This document shows positions 9,452 through 19,600 of a stretch of 64,000 nt of DNA, piece by piece (positions within the stretch are counted from its first letter, which is position 1; every line of letters starts with the position of its first letter). A program made the position numbers and the translations under genes. The DNA is taken from assembly GCA_043745805.1 (NCBI GenBank), contig JAYTSD010000028.1:1-64000 (forward strand). The letters run 5' to 3'. The stretch comes from Fibrobacteria bacterium (lineage in GTDB: Bacteria; Fibrobacterota; Fibrobacteria; UBA11236). The notes under the pieces are model-generated. The model did no database searches and was not told the origin of the DNA. It saw only the letters and a program-made list of their open reading frames with translations.

Positions 9452-9495
9452 AAGGCAAGTAAAGCAGAAATGATTTACTTGCCTTACTTGCTTTA
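9452..9495 (+). terminator. Putative intrinsic terminator
   Basis: AAGGCAAGTAAA / TTTACTTGCCTT hairpin followed by T-rich sequence. Confidence 0.55.
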
Positions 9496-9505
9496 TGTTC
9501 TTTTT

Positions 9506-9566
9506 ATGGTTTGCTCCACGGCCGCAGGGCTGCGCGGGAATCTGCTTCCCGCGACCCTTGGTTTTC
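9506..9566 (+). repeat. Conserved structured element, copy A
   Basis: CACGGCCGCAGGGCTGCGCGGGAATCTGCTTCCCGCGACCCT, homologous to 10971-11032. Confidence 0.75.
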
Positions 9567-9698
9567 AATCTTTAAAATAAAGAGTTAAAACCGTAACCTA
9601 TATGTTTCTAATCAGAAATTATTCTGATTTTCAAATTCATAATAAGGCTTTTGATTTCCACAACGGGGAATGTGTTTGGCAATTTCTCATTAATCCAT

Positions 9699-9941
9699 TT
9701 AGTGTGCTCTTCAACATGAACGTATGACCCAGGCGGGGTCGGCCCCCAAGGCCTAACGAAGAACTGTCCCTTAATAATAATGGCACAAGCGGCTCAAAAA
9801 TAATCCTCACCCTTCGCTTTGCTACAGGACCCAAGATTTTTTTTGGGTTCAGGACACGTCCCTCACTTCCCGCTTTCAGTTCTGCTTATCCCCTCGCAAA
9901 ACGTGGGTCATACGGTCAAGTCTCAGAAGAAAGCACACTAA
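9699..9941 (+). promoter_or_regulatory. Long fold-back upstream of the 97-aa/ssb unit (Frpo-like candidate)
   Basis: TTAGTGTGCT/AGCACACTAA (9699/9932), CGTATGACCCA/TGGGTCATACG (9721/9904), AGAACTG/CAGTTCT. Confidence 0.6.
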
Positions 9942-9954
9942 AAAAGGAAACACT

Positions 9955-10248
9955 ATGAAAAACCAAGCACAAATTTTAATCCCCCTTTTGAAAAGCAAAA
10001 GCCTTGAAACTCTAAGTAATGGGGTCTCCAAGTCAGAACTCGAAAAAAGCACTCATGAAGAGATAATGCCTACTAGAAGCGAACTATCAGAGATGATGGA
10101 AGAAGCCGAAGAAAAAATAAAAGAGAAAAAAACTTTACTCTATGAGGCTTTAAGCCAGGGTAACAAAAATCTTGCTCGACTTCTCAAATCAGAAATTATC
10201 CGCTTGGAAGAAGACTGCGCTCATATTTATGAATGTGACGAATACTAA
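9955..10248 (+). CDS. Hypothetical acidic coiled-coil protein
   Basis: AAGGA RBS; E/K-rich helical sequence. Confidence 0.6.
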   Translation: MKNQAQILIPLLKSKSLETLSNGVSKSELEKSTHEEIMPTRSELSEMMEEAEEKIKEKKTLLYEALSQGNKNLARLLKSEIIRLEEDCAHIYECDEY

Positions 10249-10354
10249 ACAACTTAAAAAAACTTCAAAGAAACTCCGACTTGTACCCGGATTTAGGTAC
10301 AAAAGGCAAAGGGTTGAGCCGATTATAAATCAACTCACAAAAAAGGAAATAAAA

Positions 10355-10729
10355 ATGTCAGTATCAAAAAATAAAATCATCATCATAGGAAATCTTGGTC
10401 AAAATCCAGAGTTAAAAATTTTGCCAAATGGGAATAAGGTTACCAATATATCCATTGCCACTACTAATAAATATGGGGACAAACAAAAAACCGATTGGCA
10501 TCAAGTGGTCTGTTTCGGAAAACTCGCTGAGATTGTTTGTGAGTATTTGAAATCTGGTAAGCTTGTAGAAGTAGAAGGGTCGCTTCATTATTCAACTTGG
10601 GAAAAACAAGGAGTAAAACATACCAGCGCGAAAATTTACGCTAACGAAGTTTTATTTCTGAATCGTATCGAAAGACAAGACGTGACAGAGATTCCCGCAC
10701 AATTAAGAGAAGAGGACTTGCCATTCTAG
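10355..10729 (+). CDS. ssb: Single-stranded DNA-binding protein
   Basis: Start reassigned to MSVSKNK (AAGGA RBS); 'IIGNLGQNPE', 'TDWHQVVCFGKLAE', 'VEVEGSL', acidic tail 'EEDLPF'. Confidence 0.95.
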   Translation: MSVSKNKIIIIGNLGQNPELKILPNGNKVTNISIATTNKYGDKQKTDWHQVVCFGKLAEIVCEYLKSGKLVEVEGSLHYSTWEKQGVKHTSAKIYANEVLFLNRIERQDVTEIPAQLREEDLPF

Positions 10730-10970
10730 TCAATAAAATAAAGGAGAACGCAAGGTCTTCTTTATCATCTTTCACAAATAAAAAGACGCGGATGGCAAAT
10801 ACTCGATCTATTTTCAGCAAGTATAATACTCCAAGTTTATCAAAGACCAAACGAAACCGATCGAAACCGATAAAATCAAATTTGAAAATTTAAGCCCAAA
10901 TAGTGCTTTAGAAATAGCGCTTAAATGCATTAAGTAAAGCATTGATTTAACACTTAGGATTAGATCCTTA

Positions 10971-11032
10971 ATGGGTTTCGCTTCACAGCCGCAGGGCTGC
11001 ACGGGAACCTTCTTCCCGTGACCCTCGCTTTC
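10971..11032 (+). repeat. Conserved structured element, copy B
   Basis: CACAGCCGCAGGGCTGCACGGGAACCTTCTTCCCGTGACCCT, with a compensatory G-C to A-T change relative to copy A. Confidence 0.75.
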
Positions 11033-11111
11033 TTTTTTAATTATTTTATTTTCATGCTTACTCGTTTTCTAAAAACGGGAATGGTTTAGAATTAATCAAG
11101 GATATAATTAG

Positions 11112-11382
11112 ATGCCAAAATCTTTAAACCAAGTTATTCGTCTCGTAATGCTTTTAAATCTTGGTTATTTCGTTTTAGAATTCATCGTTGCGCTTTCTAT
11201 TGGCTCGTAATGATGTATTTGCTAATGTGGCCATTGTTATGGCGGGTCTTATAACATTTTTCCATTCTTCCATTTGGCCTGATTTACTGGTAGGTATTGG
11301 TATTGTCATCATGAATGCTGATGCGGCTAGAGAAGTATGGGAAGCGGCGCGTGAAGAATATCATTTGGCAAGGACCTCATAG
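11112..11382 (+). pseudogene. Internally deleted cation diffusion facilitator (CDF)-type transporter
   Basis: N-terminal frame MPKSLNQVIRLVMLLNLGYFVLEFIVALSIGS* is joined out of frame to C-terminal 'ARNDVFANVAIVMAG...WPDLLVGIGI..MNADAAREVW'; the middle is missing. Confidence 0.75.
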
Positions 11383-11434
11383 GAAATTTATAATAGGAAA
11401 TTTATTTTTCATATCTGAAACAAATAAAAACGCT

Positions 11435-11477
11435 TATTTAACAAGTATTTAAAGGCTATTTAAAAAATATTTAAATA
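11435..11477 (+). promoter_or_regulatory. Four TATTTAA boxes with 11-bp period upstream of the RHH gene
   Basis: TATTTAA starts at 11435, 11446, 11457 and 11468. Confidence 0.6.
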
Positions 11478-11504
11478 ATGAATGAAATTTCGTATATTTA
11501 AGCT

Positions 11505-11774
11505 ATGAAGAAAAAAATCTCTAAATCAAAACCGAAAAAGAAAATCAAAAATAGCGTGGGTCGTCCCTCTATTGAGATCAAAAAGAAACCTTTTCAGGTC
11601 ATGCTTGATCCCCGTTATATTGAACTCTTTCGTGAAACGGCTGAAGCAAATAATGTGCAACCACAGGAACTTGCTCGTTTTGCTTTGATTTCTGTTGTCA
11701 AAGACCCATTTAATCCTTGGTCAGGAAAGCCACCTGAAGCTGTGAAAAATATTTTGAAAATACCCCATAAGTAA
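11505..11774 (+). CDS. Ribbon-helix-helix (CopG/MobC-like) DNA-binding protein
   Basis: Basic N-terminus, 'GRP', beta-strand 'PFQVMLDP', helices 'RYIELFRETAEANNVQPQELARFAL'. Confidence 0.65.
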   Translation: MKKKISKSKPKKKIKNSVGRPSIEIKKKPFQVMLDPRYIELFRETAEANNVQPQELARFALISVVKDPFNPWSGKPPEAVKNILKIPHK

Positions 11775-12011
11775 AATTTATTTCCACAGTTACATAACAA
11801 GGTTTACTACCCATTTTAAAATGGACATGGATTCACTTAAGAGCCCATCCATTCTACGACTCATCATCTCGCTTCTATTTGCAATATTTCGCTAGCTTGA
11901 GGAATGAGGAACGGGACTCTAAAAGAGAGTCCTGTCTAGATTGGGAGTGTAAGCAATCGGGATACCTACGCATTCCCAGGGGTTATTTGGTGGTTGGAAT
12001 ATCCTTCCACC

Positions 12012-12065
12012 GCCAACTACAGAGTTAAAGCCAACTACAGAGTTAAAGCCAATTACAGAGTTAAA
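12012..12065 (+). repeat. Tandem direct repeat, 3 x 18 bp
   Basis: GCCAACTACAGAGTTAAA twice, then GCCAATTACAGAGTTAAA. Confidence 0.9.
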
Positions 12066-12260
12066 ATACGAAAATTGATGAAAACTGCCAGGTGCCTTTC
12101 TGTGCAGAACTTTCCAATTCATGATTTAATGAATGCCTTTAGTTTCCTCGAATTCTCCCCATTTCCGGATTTCATGGGTTCGGTTCAAGGTAGCGACTAC
12201 TTCTCTAAATCGTAAAAATCTAAAGTCAAAATATTTCTTTAACAAAATGTGTGCGGCGTA

Positions 12261-12286
12261 TAATTAAAATAGTATTTAAATAATAT
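12261..12286 (+). promoter_or_regulatory. ICE operator-like motif, copy 2 (pilin operon)
   Basis: TAATTAAAATAGTATTTAAATAATAT, followed by a further TAAATACTATT unit. Confidence 0.7.
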
Positions 12287-12339
12287 GTAAATACTATTCA
12301 CCACCAAGGTACAACCAAGACACAACAAAGGAGACTCAC

Positions 12340-12723
12340 ATGAAAACCGCACTTATAAACCAAACAAAACACCATAACCTCATATCCTTACTGGATAACT
12401 TTGCTTCATTAATACATCGTCGTAGCTTACTCATTATGGCAATTGCCTATTTTTTATTGCTGGGAGTTTCTAATGCACAAGCAGGATTTGCAACTTCGGA
12501 AATCACAAATCCAATTCGCAACCTTGTCACTATTGCCAATGCTGCTATTGCAGGCCTCGCTATTTTGGCAGTCATCTATTATGCCATTCGTTGGATAGGG
12601 GGTGATGAAGGAGCCGCTAAGAAAATCATTGGTGTAATTGTTGTTGCAGTGATTGCATTAGGTGCTGCGAATTTTCTCGGATGGGTTACGGGCAAGGCTG
12701 AGTTTGACACATTCACGAATTAA
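12340..12723 (+). CDS. virB2: TrbC/VirB2-like pilin precursor
   Basis: Long leader ending 'SNAQA', two hydrophobic helices around 'RWIGGDEGAAKK'; first gene of the tra operon; AGGAG RBS. Confidence 0.75.
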   Translation: MKTALINQTKHHNLISLLDNFASLIHRRSLLIMAIAYFLLLGVSNAQAGFATSEITNPIRNLVTIANAAIAGLAILAVIYYAIRWIGGDEGAAKKIIGVIVVAVIALGAANFLGWVTGKAEFDTFTN

Positions 12724-12726
12724 AAA

Positions 12727-13104
12727 GTGAAGAACGAAAAAATGAAAATCATACCATTGCATTCAGCCGAGCCCACCTTTTTAAAGCTCAATCGTTTCGA
12801 GTGGGGCGTATCTCTATTCTTTGCCCTGCTCATTCCTTTATTCCTACAAAGCGTTCTTGCCATATTTGGTATCATCACAGCCTGGCCGCTTTATATAGGC
12901 CTTTGCCTTGTGGCATCGGTCGATGTTGTCATCATCCATGCCAAGTCTCGCGAGCAAGATTTTCTTGTGACTTGGTATTATAACCGAGCAATTCCTGATT
13001 CCATTGTTGGCAAGCATCAAATGCCATTTCACATATCACAGCCTTTTACTCGCTCTTCAAATAGGGAGAATATTCATCATGAAAACCCATTTTATCACCG
13101 TTGA
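12727..13104 (+). CDS. VirB3/TraL-like inner membrane protein
   Basis: Small two-TM protein between the pilin and VirB4. Confidence 0.55.
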   Translation: MKNEKMKIIPLHSAEPTFLKLNRFEWGVSLFFALLIPLFLQSVLAIFGIITAWPLYIGLCLVASVDVVIIHAKSREQDFLVTWYYNRAIPDSIVGKHQMPFHISQPFTRSSNRENIHHENPFYHR

Positions 13105-14155
13105 TAATGCTTGGCCTGCATTAAAAGAACGCGGTATGGCGGGAGTTATTCCTGCTTCAGAAGCTTATCCAGTTCATGCCTTGGCTTCAGATTTGCATTA
13201 TACCTTACTTGAAAATGGAGTGTTGTCTTGTTTGTTTCAGGCGAAGTCACTTACATCCATTCATTTCGACAATGTTTTAAATGGCTTGCCTTATTCTTCG
13301 GGTTTACAACTTTATTCACATCATTTGCCAAGTGGCGAAGCCAATCATTTTTTAGCTCTTTCTTCACTAGTCCCTTATCGTTATCAGTTCTCGCCTTTGC
13401 GAGGATTTGTGTCTTTGATTAAAAGGCATTCATTAAATCATGAATTGGAAAGCTTGCAATATTCCACGCGTGATTCTTATGAAACTTTATTGCACTCGGT
13501 AGAAGGAGAGTCGAAGAATTTAAATCTGCTTTCCAATCCCAGTCCACTATTACAAGTCTTGGGTCCGATACGCATCAGTGAAGGAAATATTAAATGTTCC
13601 GAATCTATAACTTATAATCTCAGCTATCTCCTTTTAGAACCCTCGCGGCTTGCATTACTCATTGAGTTCAATGATTTTATGTTTCCTGAATATTGCGAAA
13701 TGTTTCATCCCACCAATGACCTCGCCACGAGTGGCCTTGAATATTTAGCCGCCACTTGTATTCACCGACCTGATGCAGAAGGCCTTTCAAAATTGGATGT
13801 AGAGACAGAAGACTATCAAAGCTTTCTAAAGTTTTTCCGTAAAGAGGGGCAGACAAAAGAAAAAGGATTTCCTGCTTTGGATTTGAAAATTTCAGAAAAG
13901 TCACCGAATCCTAAAGGAAAAGTTTTGGCTAAACATTATGTGTTACTGTTCGGTTCATCTCTGGTAGACTTAATGCTCAAGGTTCAAGGGTATATTCGTG
14001 ACTTATGCCATAAAGGTGTGTCTTTTCATGCATCCATGATTAGAACCCGAGAAAACTATTGCCATCTGTATCCAGGGAATTATCGTCTTATCAATGATGG
14101 AATACTAATGGACGCTTATCAAGCCCCATTCATTTTGAAAGCGTTGCATCCATGA
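13079..14155 (+). CDS. Conjugation protein resembling the VirB4 N-terminal domain, without the ATPase
   Basis: Start reassigned to MKTHFI (AGGGAG RBS); segments 'NVLNGLPYSSGLQLY' and 'HYVLLFGSSLVDLMLKVQ...YCHLYPGN' parallel those of the downstream VirB4; no Walker A. Confidence 0.5.
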   Translation: MKTHFITVDNAWPALKERGMAGVIPASEAYPVHALASDLHYTLLENGVLSCLFQAKSLTSIHFDNVLNGLPYSSGLQLYSHHLPSGEANHFLALSSLVPYRYQFSPLRGFVSLIKRHSLNHELESLQYSTRDSYETLLHSVEGESKNLNLLSNPSPLLQVLGPIRISEGNIKCSESITYNLSYLLLEPSRLALLIEFNDFMFPEYCEMFHPTNDLATSGLEYLAATCIHRPDAEGLSKLDVETEDYQSFLKFFRKEGQTKEKGFPALDLKISEKSPNPKGKVLAKHYVLLFGSSLVDLMLKVQGYIRDLCHKGVSFHASMIRTRENYCHLYPGNYRLINDGILMDAYQAPFILKALHP

Positions 14156-16641
14156 ATGCCTCTCACAATCACCGATTTCGCATTCATTCAACTTTAAAAG
14201 ATGTTTGGAAAGTATTGACCATACAAGAGGGTACAGTCATCACCGAGTTACCCTATGCTGTTACCGCAGTCTGTTATTTCCCACCCTTTTATCTTAAAGA
14301 TGTACAAAGCTTGGAAGAAGAATTATCCAGCTTTGTGCGCAGTCTCTTTGCTTTGCCATCAGGTTCTATGGTATCCGTTTACCTAGTCAAACAGTTCAAG
14401 GATTATACCGTTCCTTCACATCTTAAAAGCAAACATGCGGTAATGAATTTTTTAGAAGAAAAAAGAATGGAACGCATCAATGGTTATGCATCACCGGAAT
14501 ATAATCCTTTCTTTTCTATCACCTTGCCATTGCAATTTGAAGCCAATGAAAAAACCTCTTTAAAGGATAGGCTAACCGCTAAAGTATTTCGTCCTAAGCT
14601 ATCTTCGCCCATGATGCTTAAAGAAATTCGCACAGGTATGGATATTTTGGATTCAGCTATTGATCAAATCCGTTCTCGATTTGGCGGGGCTTGTGTCAAA
14701 TTATCCACCGAAGGAGTGATGGAGTTTTTGGGATTATTGCTAAATCATTCTACGCAAAATAACTCAACCGATCTTTCCTCATTACTTGTGTCCGACATAT
14801 TTTCCAGAGGAGAAAAGGGCATTAGTTATTATGGAGGAAATTTTCATGGGGCTTTAAGTTTAAGAACGACCGGGTTTCCACAAAATGCAACCCCCGATTT
14901 TTCCACTCTACTATACAGCGAAGAATTAAAGTCCGTGCCCTTTCTAGTTCAAGCAACATTAAGGTTACCGGACCCAGCCGAAGCCAAACGTAAAGCTAAT
15001 GCTATGGTATCTCGTATTAGCGTCTATTCAGGACTCTTTCAAAAGCTGGTTAAAGACTTAATGGTTCAAAAGGAAAAATTAGATCAAGCCCTACTTGCCA
15101 TTGAAGAAGAAGGTGGGCGATTGCTTGATTTAAGCTATGTCGTTCACTCCTTTGCAGAGAATGAATCTTTATTAGAGGGCCAATTAAAAACCTTGACCAA
15201 TGTCTTTCGAGGCAAAGAAATGATTTTAAAGCGGGATACACATAATCATAAGGCAACTTTTCACGCGTTACCCCCTTTTGCCGTTCATCTTAATCGCATC
15301 GCTTCACGGCTTATATCCATGAATGCCGAGCCATTCTTACCGCTTTTATATCCACCCTTTTACCGTAACCCAGAAGGTAAGCCTCCAGAGGTTCCAGTTT
15401 ATTTTCATAATACCCATGATGTACTCATGACATTTGATCTCATGGACCCCAGAGACCCTTCTTGGAATGGGATTATTTGCGGTGGGTCTGGAAGTGGTAA
15501 ATCATTCCTTACGAATTATCTCATCATGAATCATTTGAAGGGCAATGGAAAAGTATTCCTTATCGACAAAGGGGGTCCTGGACAAGGTAGTTTCCGTAAT
15601 CTTGTGATGAATTTACCGACGGGTCGATACATCGAACTTAAGTTCGTGGGTGATGCAGGCTTCACCGTTAATTTTTTTGATGGACCTTTATTTATTCGTG
15701 AATCTCTGGAGGGTGGAGTAGTACCCGATTTAAATGGAGGGGTGGATGCCTATAAAGAAAGTTTTCTTATTCAAGTTATAACACTTATGTGTTTGGATGA
15801 CCCACAGGGTCGACTTTCAAAAACCGAAGAAGGCAAACTTTCTGAATCGCTGCGCCAAGCATTTTTAGAAACAAGTAACAATGAAGGTAATACTCTTAAT
15901 TTAGAACGCTTTGCGGAAACCTATATGCAAGAGCGTTTTCATAATCTCTATGAACAAATGAGTAAATATATCGGAAGCGGAATCTATGCTCGCTTCTTTC
16001 GTGCTACCACTTCCATGCAGGAAGTGGATGTATTCTGTTTTGATTTAGAAGGGTTAAGTGAACATCCCGATCTAGAAACCATTCTCACATTAATTATCAC
16101 GCGCTTCACATATGATATGTGCGTTCGCGGTCGTGGCTTTCGCAAAATGGTGATTTTGGATGAAGCCTGGGCTCAGTTATCAGGTGGGGGATTAACCGCC
16201 ACCGTCGAAGGAATATGGAGAACCATTCGAAAGCATGGGGGATTTATTTATTGTGTCACCCAATCCTATGATGATATTTTACGTTCTACCGTTGGTCCCG
16301 CGCTCTTAACCAATACTACGCATTTCTTTATGTGTGGAGCGAGCCATTCCTTTGAATCGCTTTCGCATCTTAAGGCGACAGGTTCGCACACGCATACCAT
16401 GAATGAATATGACTATCAATGCATACAAGGTTTAAAGTTTAATCCTCCTGAGTTTGCAGACTATTATATGATGACCCCCATATACAAAGGCAGTTTACGT
16501 CTACGCCCATCACCCTACGACTATTGGTTTTCCACCACTAATGCCAAAGACAAGGAGAAAATTGAAAAGGTAAAGAAACGCCTTCATGCCACTTTCGTAA
16601 CTCCCGAAGTCTTGGAGGAGCTTATCCATGGCCGCTTTTAG
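14152..16641 (+). CDS. virB4: VirB4/TraC family T4SS ATPase
   Basis: Walker A 'ICGGSGSGKSF', 'FLIDKG', Walker B 'VILDEAW', 'RTIRKHGG...VTQS'. Confidence 0.95.
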   Translation: MNASHNHRFRIHSTLKDVWKVLTIQEGTVITELPYAVTAVCYFPPFYLKDVQSLEEELSSFVRSLFALPSGSMVSVYLVKQFKDYTVPSHLKSKHAVMNFLEEKRMERINGYASPEYNPFFSITLPLQFEANEKTSLKDRLTAKVFRPKLSSPMMLKEIRTGMDILDSAIDQIRSRFGGACVKLSTEGVMEFLGLLLNHSTQNNSTDLSSLLVSDIFSRGEKGISYYGGNFHGALSLRTTGFPQNATPDFSTLLYSEELKSVPFLVQATLRLPDPAEAKRKANAMVSRISVYSGLFQKLVKDLMVQKEKLDQALLAIEEEGGRLLDLSYVVHSFAENESLLEGQLKTLTNVFRGKEMILKRDTHNHKATFHALPPFAVHLNRIASRLISMNAEPFLPLLYPPFYRNPEGKPPEVPVYFHNTHDVLMTFDLMDPRDPSWNGIICGGSGSGKSFLTNYLIMNHLKGNGKVFLIDKGGPGQGSFRNLVMNLPTGRYIELKFVGDAGFTVNFFDGPLFIRESLEGGVVPDLNGGVDAYKESFLIQVITLMCLDDPQGRLSKTEEGKLSESLRQAFLETSNNEGNTLNLERFAETYMQERFHNLYEQMSKYIGSGIYARFFRATTSMQEVDVFCFDLEGLSEHPDLETILTLIITRFTYDMCVRGRGFRKMVILDEAWAQLSGGGLTATVEGIWRTIRKHGGFIYCVTQSYDDILRSTVGPALLTNTTHFFMCGASHSFESLSHLKATGSHTHTMNEYDYQCIQGLKFNPPEFADYYMMTPIYKGSLRLRPSPYDYWFSTTNAKDKEKIEKVKKRLHATFVTPEVLEELIHGRF

Positions 16642-19600
16642 TAGCAACAAAGTTGCTTTTATAGGAATGCTTATATGCATGATGCTTGATTTGAATTATT
16701 CTCAAGTTTCCTGCAATTGCATGGCATCAGATTATTACGCATCTGAGGCTTTGCCAACCGCATCCATTGTTACCTCTTGCCCCGATTGGCCAGCTAATAT
16801 TTTAACCAATGGTGCTAAGGGTAATATCATCACAACTCCAGTTCAGCCGTATCAAGGCAAGCTTTTTTTAAGCCAAAAACTTATTCCTTATTCAGATGGG
16901 GATGTTAAGACACTATCGGCAACTATTAAAGGAAGTAAGCAAGATTGCCAGCAAATAATTCGTACCACCGATGAAGCATTAAGCGGTTGGAATATTGTGC
17001 TTTTAAATCAATGGTATACCCCTGTATCGGGTCAATGGAGTCGGTTGGCAAATAATATTATCTCGGCACTTCCAGGCATCATGTTTATCCCCTTAGAAGA
17101 AAATAATGCTATGCAGGTTAAAGCTTTTTTCCAAAGCAATGGAAAAATTCTTCCACCCACAATTTCAGGTTTGCAATTTGGGGCTTACGCTAAACAATAT
17201 CAATTAACGACTAATCCCGATATCACATACTCTCCCTATCTTAAGACTACAGGACAAAATAGAGTGAATGGGGTATTAACCACTCAAACTTTATTGAATG
17301 ATATAAAAAAGACATTAACAGCCAATGGTTGGAAACAATTGGATGTAGGGATGATAATCGTCGATGGTAAATGGTGGCCCGCTATTATAAAGCTTTTTGG
17401 AAAGCCTGGAAAAGTCTATGCCTATTACGGACGCTTTACCGATGGGGCAGAGGCTAAGCATTATGGATATACAACTTCCGATGAACTTTATTTTTCCAGA
17501 AGGTCTTTGGTGCCCAAAGAAGAAACAGAAATCTTTCAGCCGGACATACGTTATGGTTCAAAGATTTTTAAAAGAGATGAAGTATTACAAAATCGTCAGT
17601 TTTTGGAATGGCATACGGAGTGTCGCTGTTCGGATCTCCCTTTTAATGGCGATGATAGAAATATGGCAAAAATCGAGAGTAACAATAATTGGACACCCAT
17701 TGCTCCCGATAAACCAGAAAACTCAAATCCTCCTATGTTTGTGGATTGCCCCGATCAAAGAACTTATTTCACCTTGTATCAAACTTGTGTGGAAAAAGAT
17801 TTAAAAGAAAATCATTTCACACCAGACCCCAGTGGACGCATAAATTATAGCGATTATGTGGCTTCTAAAGTAAATGCCAGTCCCGTTTATAAATCGGTGA
17901 ATCCTGATGGAACCATTGACCATGAAGATTTATCCACCGATATAATGCCTGAAACACCTGCCTATTATGATAAACAGGGGCAACGCCTAAATCCCAGTAC
18001 CGAAGACTTTATGGATCCGTTTGATGCGAACACGGTCTTCTATGGTTTTCGTCATGGACCCAAATCTTTATTCGATTGGTCTGGACCTAAGAGAAATCAA
18101 TACCTTATCAATCCGAAAATCCATGTGGTAGTGAATGATATGCAAAGTCTTTTTGATTCAAAAATAAATGGGAGCATTGTACCCTTACTTAATCTCTTTC
18201 AAATTACCTTCGATGGGTCGGGTAACATACAAATACCCGAGAATTCCAAGCATAATCCCAATGAACCATTGCAAGCACAGGCTAATTTCGCCAGCTTAGA
18301 GTTAAGCATAACCGTACCAAATCCTTTAGACCTTAATCGCCCCATCAAAGTTTTAAATGCTTCTGATAAATATTTGGAATATAAATCCGCACGAACATTT
18401 TTATCGCAATCATTAAGTGGAAGACCTTTAAGGGTTCAAGTGTGGGTTAATGGTCGAGATTGGACCGATAACTTATTTGGTAGCAATATCGAAGACTACA
18501 ACTTCCGCGTCTATTGGGATTATGGATTATATGCTTTTAATAATCATGGTGATCCTGAACAAGTTGGGACTATTCATATATCCAATGTGTTTTGGAGAAA
18601 TAGTGTAGATGATGGTCAAAACTTGGTTGGGGAATGGATGGATGAAATACATATGGAAGGTGGAAAATTACTGTCTTCTGCCGATACTTATAATTTGAAT
18701 TCCCGTGAAGCCCATACCGACCTTAAATCATTGCATGATAGAGATCCCGTAACCTTTGAAGATAAAAGTGAAGCAGTAGCACGTATTGCTTATTATATCG
18801 CAGTCGCAGAAGGCTTAGATATGGCTATGAAGTGGCTGTATAATCAAAAAGATAAACCCTATATATATGAATCTGCAAAACGATTAGAGAATATGGTTGC
18901 TGTGAAGCAAAGTGCGAAAGTGGCTTATGCCTTTTATAAATCTTATATAGAATGGAAAAGGTTAATGGATATATTAGCCGAGATACGTGATTCACGAAGA
19001 GCTTTGGAAAGAGCCTATTCGCGATTTAAAAGATCAGGCGGGTTACTTGTGGATTACTTCGTCAATTTAGAATATTCCAAAATCAGGCCAACGAATATCA
19101 CTATGATATATCCCACAAGAGCCATGCGCTATTTCGACTGGTCAGCAAACGAATTTCGTAATGAGCTAATGCATTTTGAAACATCGCTTCATGCTTTGAA
19201 TTTGGACTTAGATAGATTTATGGATGGACCTGGAAAAAGAACCTTGGCATATATCTATCGTGAAACAGGCAGTTCATTGGCACAGATTGAAACAATTAAT
19301 GATAGAGATAGAGAGAATACCCATAAAGCTTTAAAGGATGCCCAAGCGGCTTTAGGAAGAGGAGGAGATAATACTTCCAACTATATTCGCTTATCTTCAT
19401 TGACACGGCTTGCTATTCAAAAGACACGTAACACTCAAGTTAAATCACTAGAAGCTTCGACATCGGGTTTAAGATCCGTGCTTATAGCTATTCAATCGGA
19501 TTCACGTGACTGGTTAACCATGCAAGATTATGTGACGCATAATTTAGCTGGTAGTCCGCAGGCTTTGGGTCAAGCTTATCAAGACCGAGATCCAGGAGCT

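Noticed and set aside
10172-10354. N-terminal extension of SSB in the ORF track
   Set aside because: Overlaps the upstream gene; a good RBS and canonical SSB start exist at 10355
10740-10937. Possible decayed ORF after ssb (…KDADGKYSIYFQQV*YSKF…ALKCIK*)
   Set aside because: In-frame stops and no recognisable family; cannot be supported without a search
12012-12065. 18-bp repeats as a CRISPR array
   Set aside because: Repeats are contiguous with no spacers, and there are no cas genes
11800-12215. Possible transposase remnant on the minus strand
   Set aside because: Only vague resemblance of short peptides, many stops and no terminal inverted repeats seen
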